Shown here one piece after another: positions 62,901 to 64,000 of a stretch of 64,000 nucleotides of DNA. Within the stretch, counting starts at the first letter, position 1. Every line of letters begins with the position of its first letter. Origin of the DNA: Fistulifera solaris (Eukaryota). A program made the translations under genes and the position numbers. The notes under the pieces are model-generated. The model was given only the letters and a program-made list of their open reading frames with translations. It was not told the DNA's origin and made no database searches. The stretch is taken from NCBI GenBank assembly GCA_030295235.1, contig AP026180.1:186001-250000 (forward strand). Direction: 5' to 3'.

Positions 62901-63310
62901 TTGTGGTTGAAATCCAAGTTTGTCTCGATGAGGCTGAGTCCGTCTACTTCTCTTCGGCCACCTGTAGTCCTATACTGACTGCCGCCGCAAAATTGTTGTA
63001 GTGAGATATGCCGTTTATGTTGCCGCCGTAATGTCGGTAATGGTTCTCTTCTTTTATTTGTATTGGGTCTCCTCGTTCGTGATTTTCTATGTTGGTCCCT
63101 GTGAGTTCATCGAGTGTTCTCTGGTGTAATTGTTCTGTCGTTGTTTGTTTACTTCTTGGTCGTTCGCTTTGTCTCTTGTTGTATGGGTGTCTTCTGTTTC
63201 TTGCTTCGTCTAGGTAATTTTCGATTGTTGGTTGCTGTGTGTTCACTTCCGGCTCAGAGGCCGTCGGAGGACCAATTAATGGTCCTCCTGAGTCCCCATG
63301 GGGACAGGTC
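56974..63310 (-). mobile_element. Non-LTR retrotransposon with APE endonuclease, RT, RNase H and C-terminal CCHC (Ambal-like by domain order); multiply frameshifted, no ORF1 visible
   Basis: APE: GNINGI, QPGGT, RRIDYML, SITDHR. RT: KLRVIHLFESD, QGGSRKG, DNDAK, MFVDD. RNase H: IVSDGG, ACDN, HVHGHQDD, LNVEADKLA. Zinc knuckle: CPHC..ECFDHVLRC. Confidence 0.92.
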
Positions 63311-63820
63311 AAACAAAAAAAGGTTCCGTTTTGCGCTCTCTCACATCTGTCCATTGTCATTCAAGTGCGACTATAATTTTTAATTAAGGGTAAATAAAGT
63401 ACCAACAATGATGATTCTAAACCACTTGTTTTGAGTTTCTTTCTTTTACTTTTCACGTCAAAAACCCGAGAATCGACACCTCGAATTTTTACTATAAGAC
63501 GGAGTGTTAGTTTATGCCAGCCAAGACTGGATCGTACAGTAGTCATGAGTCATGAATCGAACAGCAAAGGGTTCCGTTGTGCGTCTTTCGCATCTGTCCG
63601 TTGTCATTCAACTGCGAGTATAATTTTTAATAAGGGTGAATAAAATTGCAACAATGATGATTCTGAACTAGTTGTAAAATGTTTCTTTTATTTTTCACGT
63701 CAAAACCCGAGGATCGACACCTTGAATTTCCACTATAAGACGGAGTGTTGGTTTACGACAGCCAAGACTGGATTGTACAGTAGTCATGAGTCATGAATCG
63801 AACAGCAAAGGGTTCCGTGT
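63311..63820. repeat. Tandem repeat of about 245 bp, about 2 copies, with an interrupted further copy at ~56905-56974
   Basis: ggttccg recurs at 63322, 63570 and 63811; cagccaagactggattgta is identical at 56927 and 63759. Confidence 0.88.
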
Positions 63821-64000
63821 TCGCATATTCGCATACTTTCCTCGAGACAGTCGTCCGCCGATCTTGCACCTCAAATTTGATACTTAGACAGAACCACGTT
63901 TTGCTTTTAACTCAGAATCCTTTCAACGTCTTTGACGGCGATCGTGCCAGAATGCAACCCTCTTTTCTTTCTTCCGCATCATACCTGCCTGGTACCTTAT

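Overview
Compact eukaryotic nuclear DNA, almost certainly from a pennate diatom. Evidence: short GT-AG introns, several signal-peptide + 'xAF' bipartite plastid presequences, a frustulin, PGR5 and an APE-RT-RNaseH non-LTR retrotransposon. The expanded RNI/LRR-like family resembles Fistulifera gene models (inference). About 28 protein genes are present, many in local duplications: 4 membrane-anchored metzincin peptidases around 2 SOS1/NhaP-type Na+/H+ antiporters, 3 RNI/LRR-like genes and 3 genes of an unknown family. Many genes carry single-base indels at short homopolymers, most simply read as assembly errors. Main leads: (1) a plastid-targeted MnmA tRNA 2-thiouridylase with an N-terminal SufE-like sulfur-acceptor domain, suggesting a built-in SufS->SufE->MnmA relay; (2) a ~1.2 kb non-coding island packed with hairpins (22.1-23.3 kb); (3) a LINE-like element whose insertion site, possible TSD and duplicated 3' module can be reconstructed; (4) a palindromic 34-bp minisatellite family; (5) an enriched intergenic TACCWGGTA motif. 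All family calls are by motif recognition; no searches were run.
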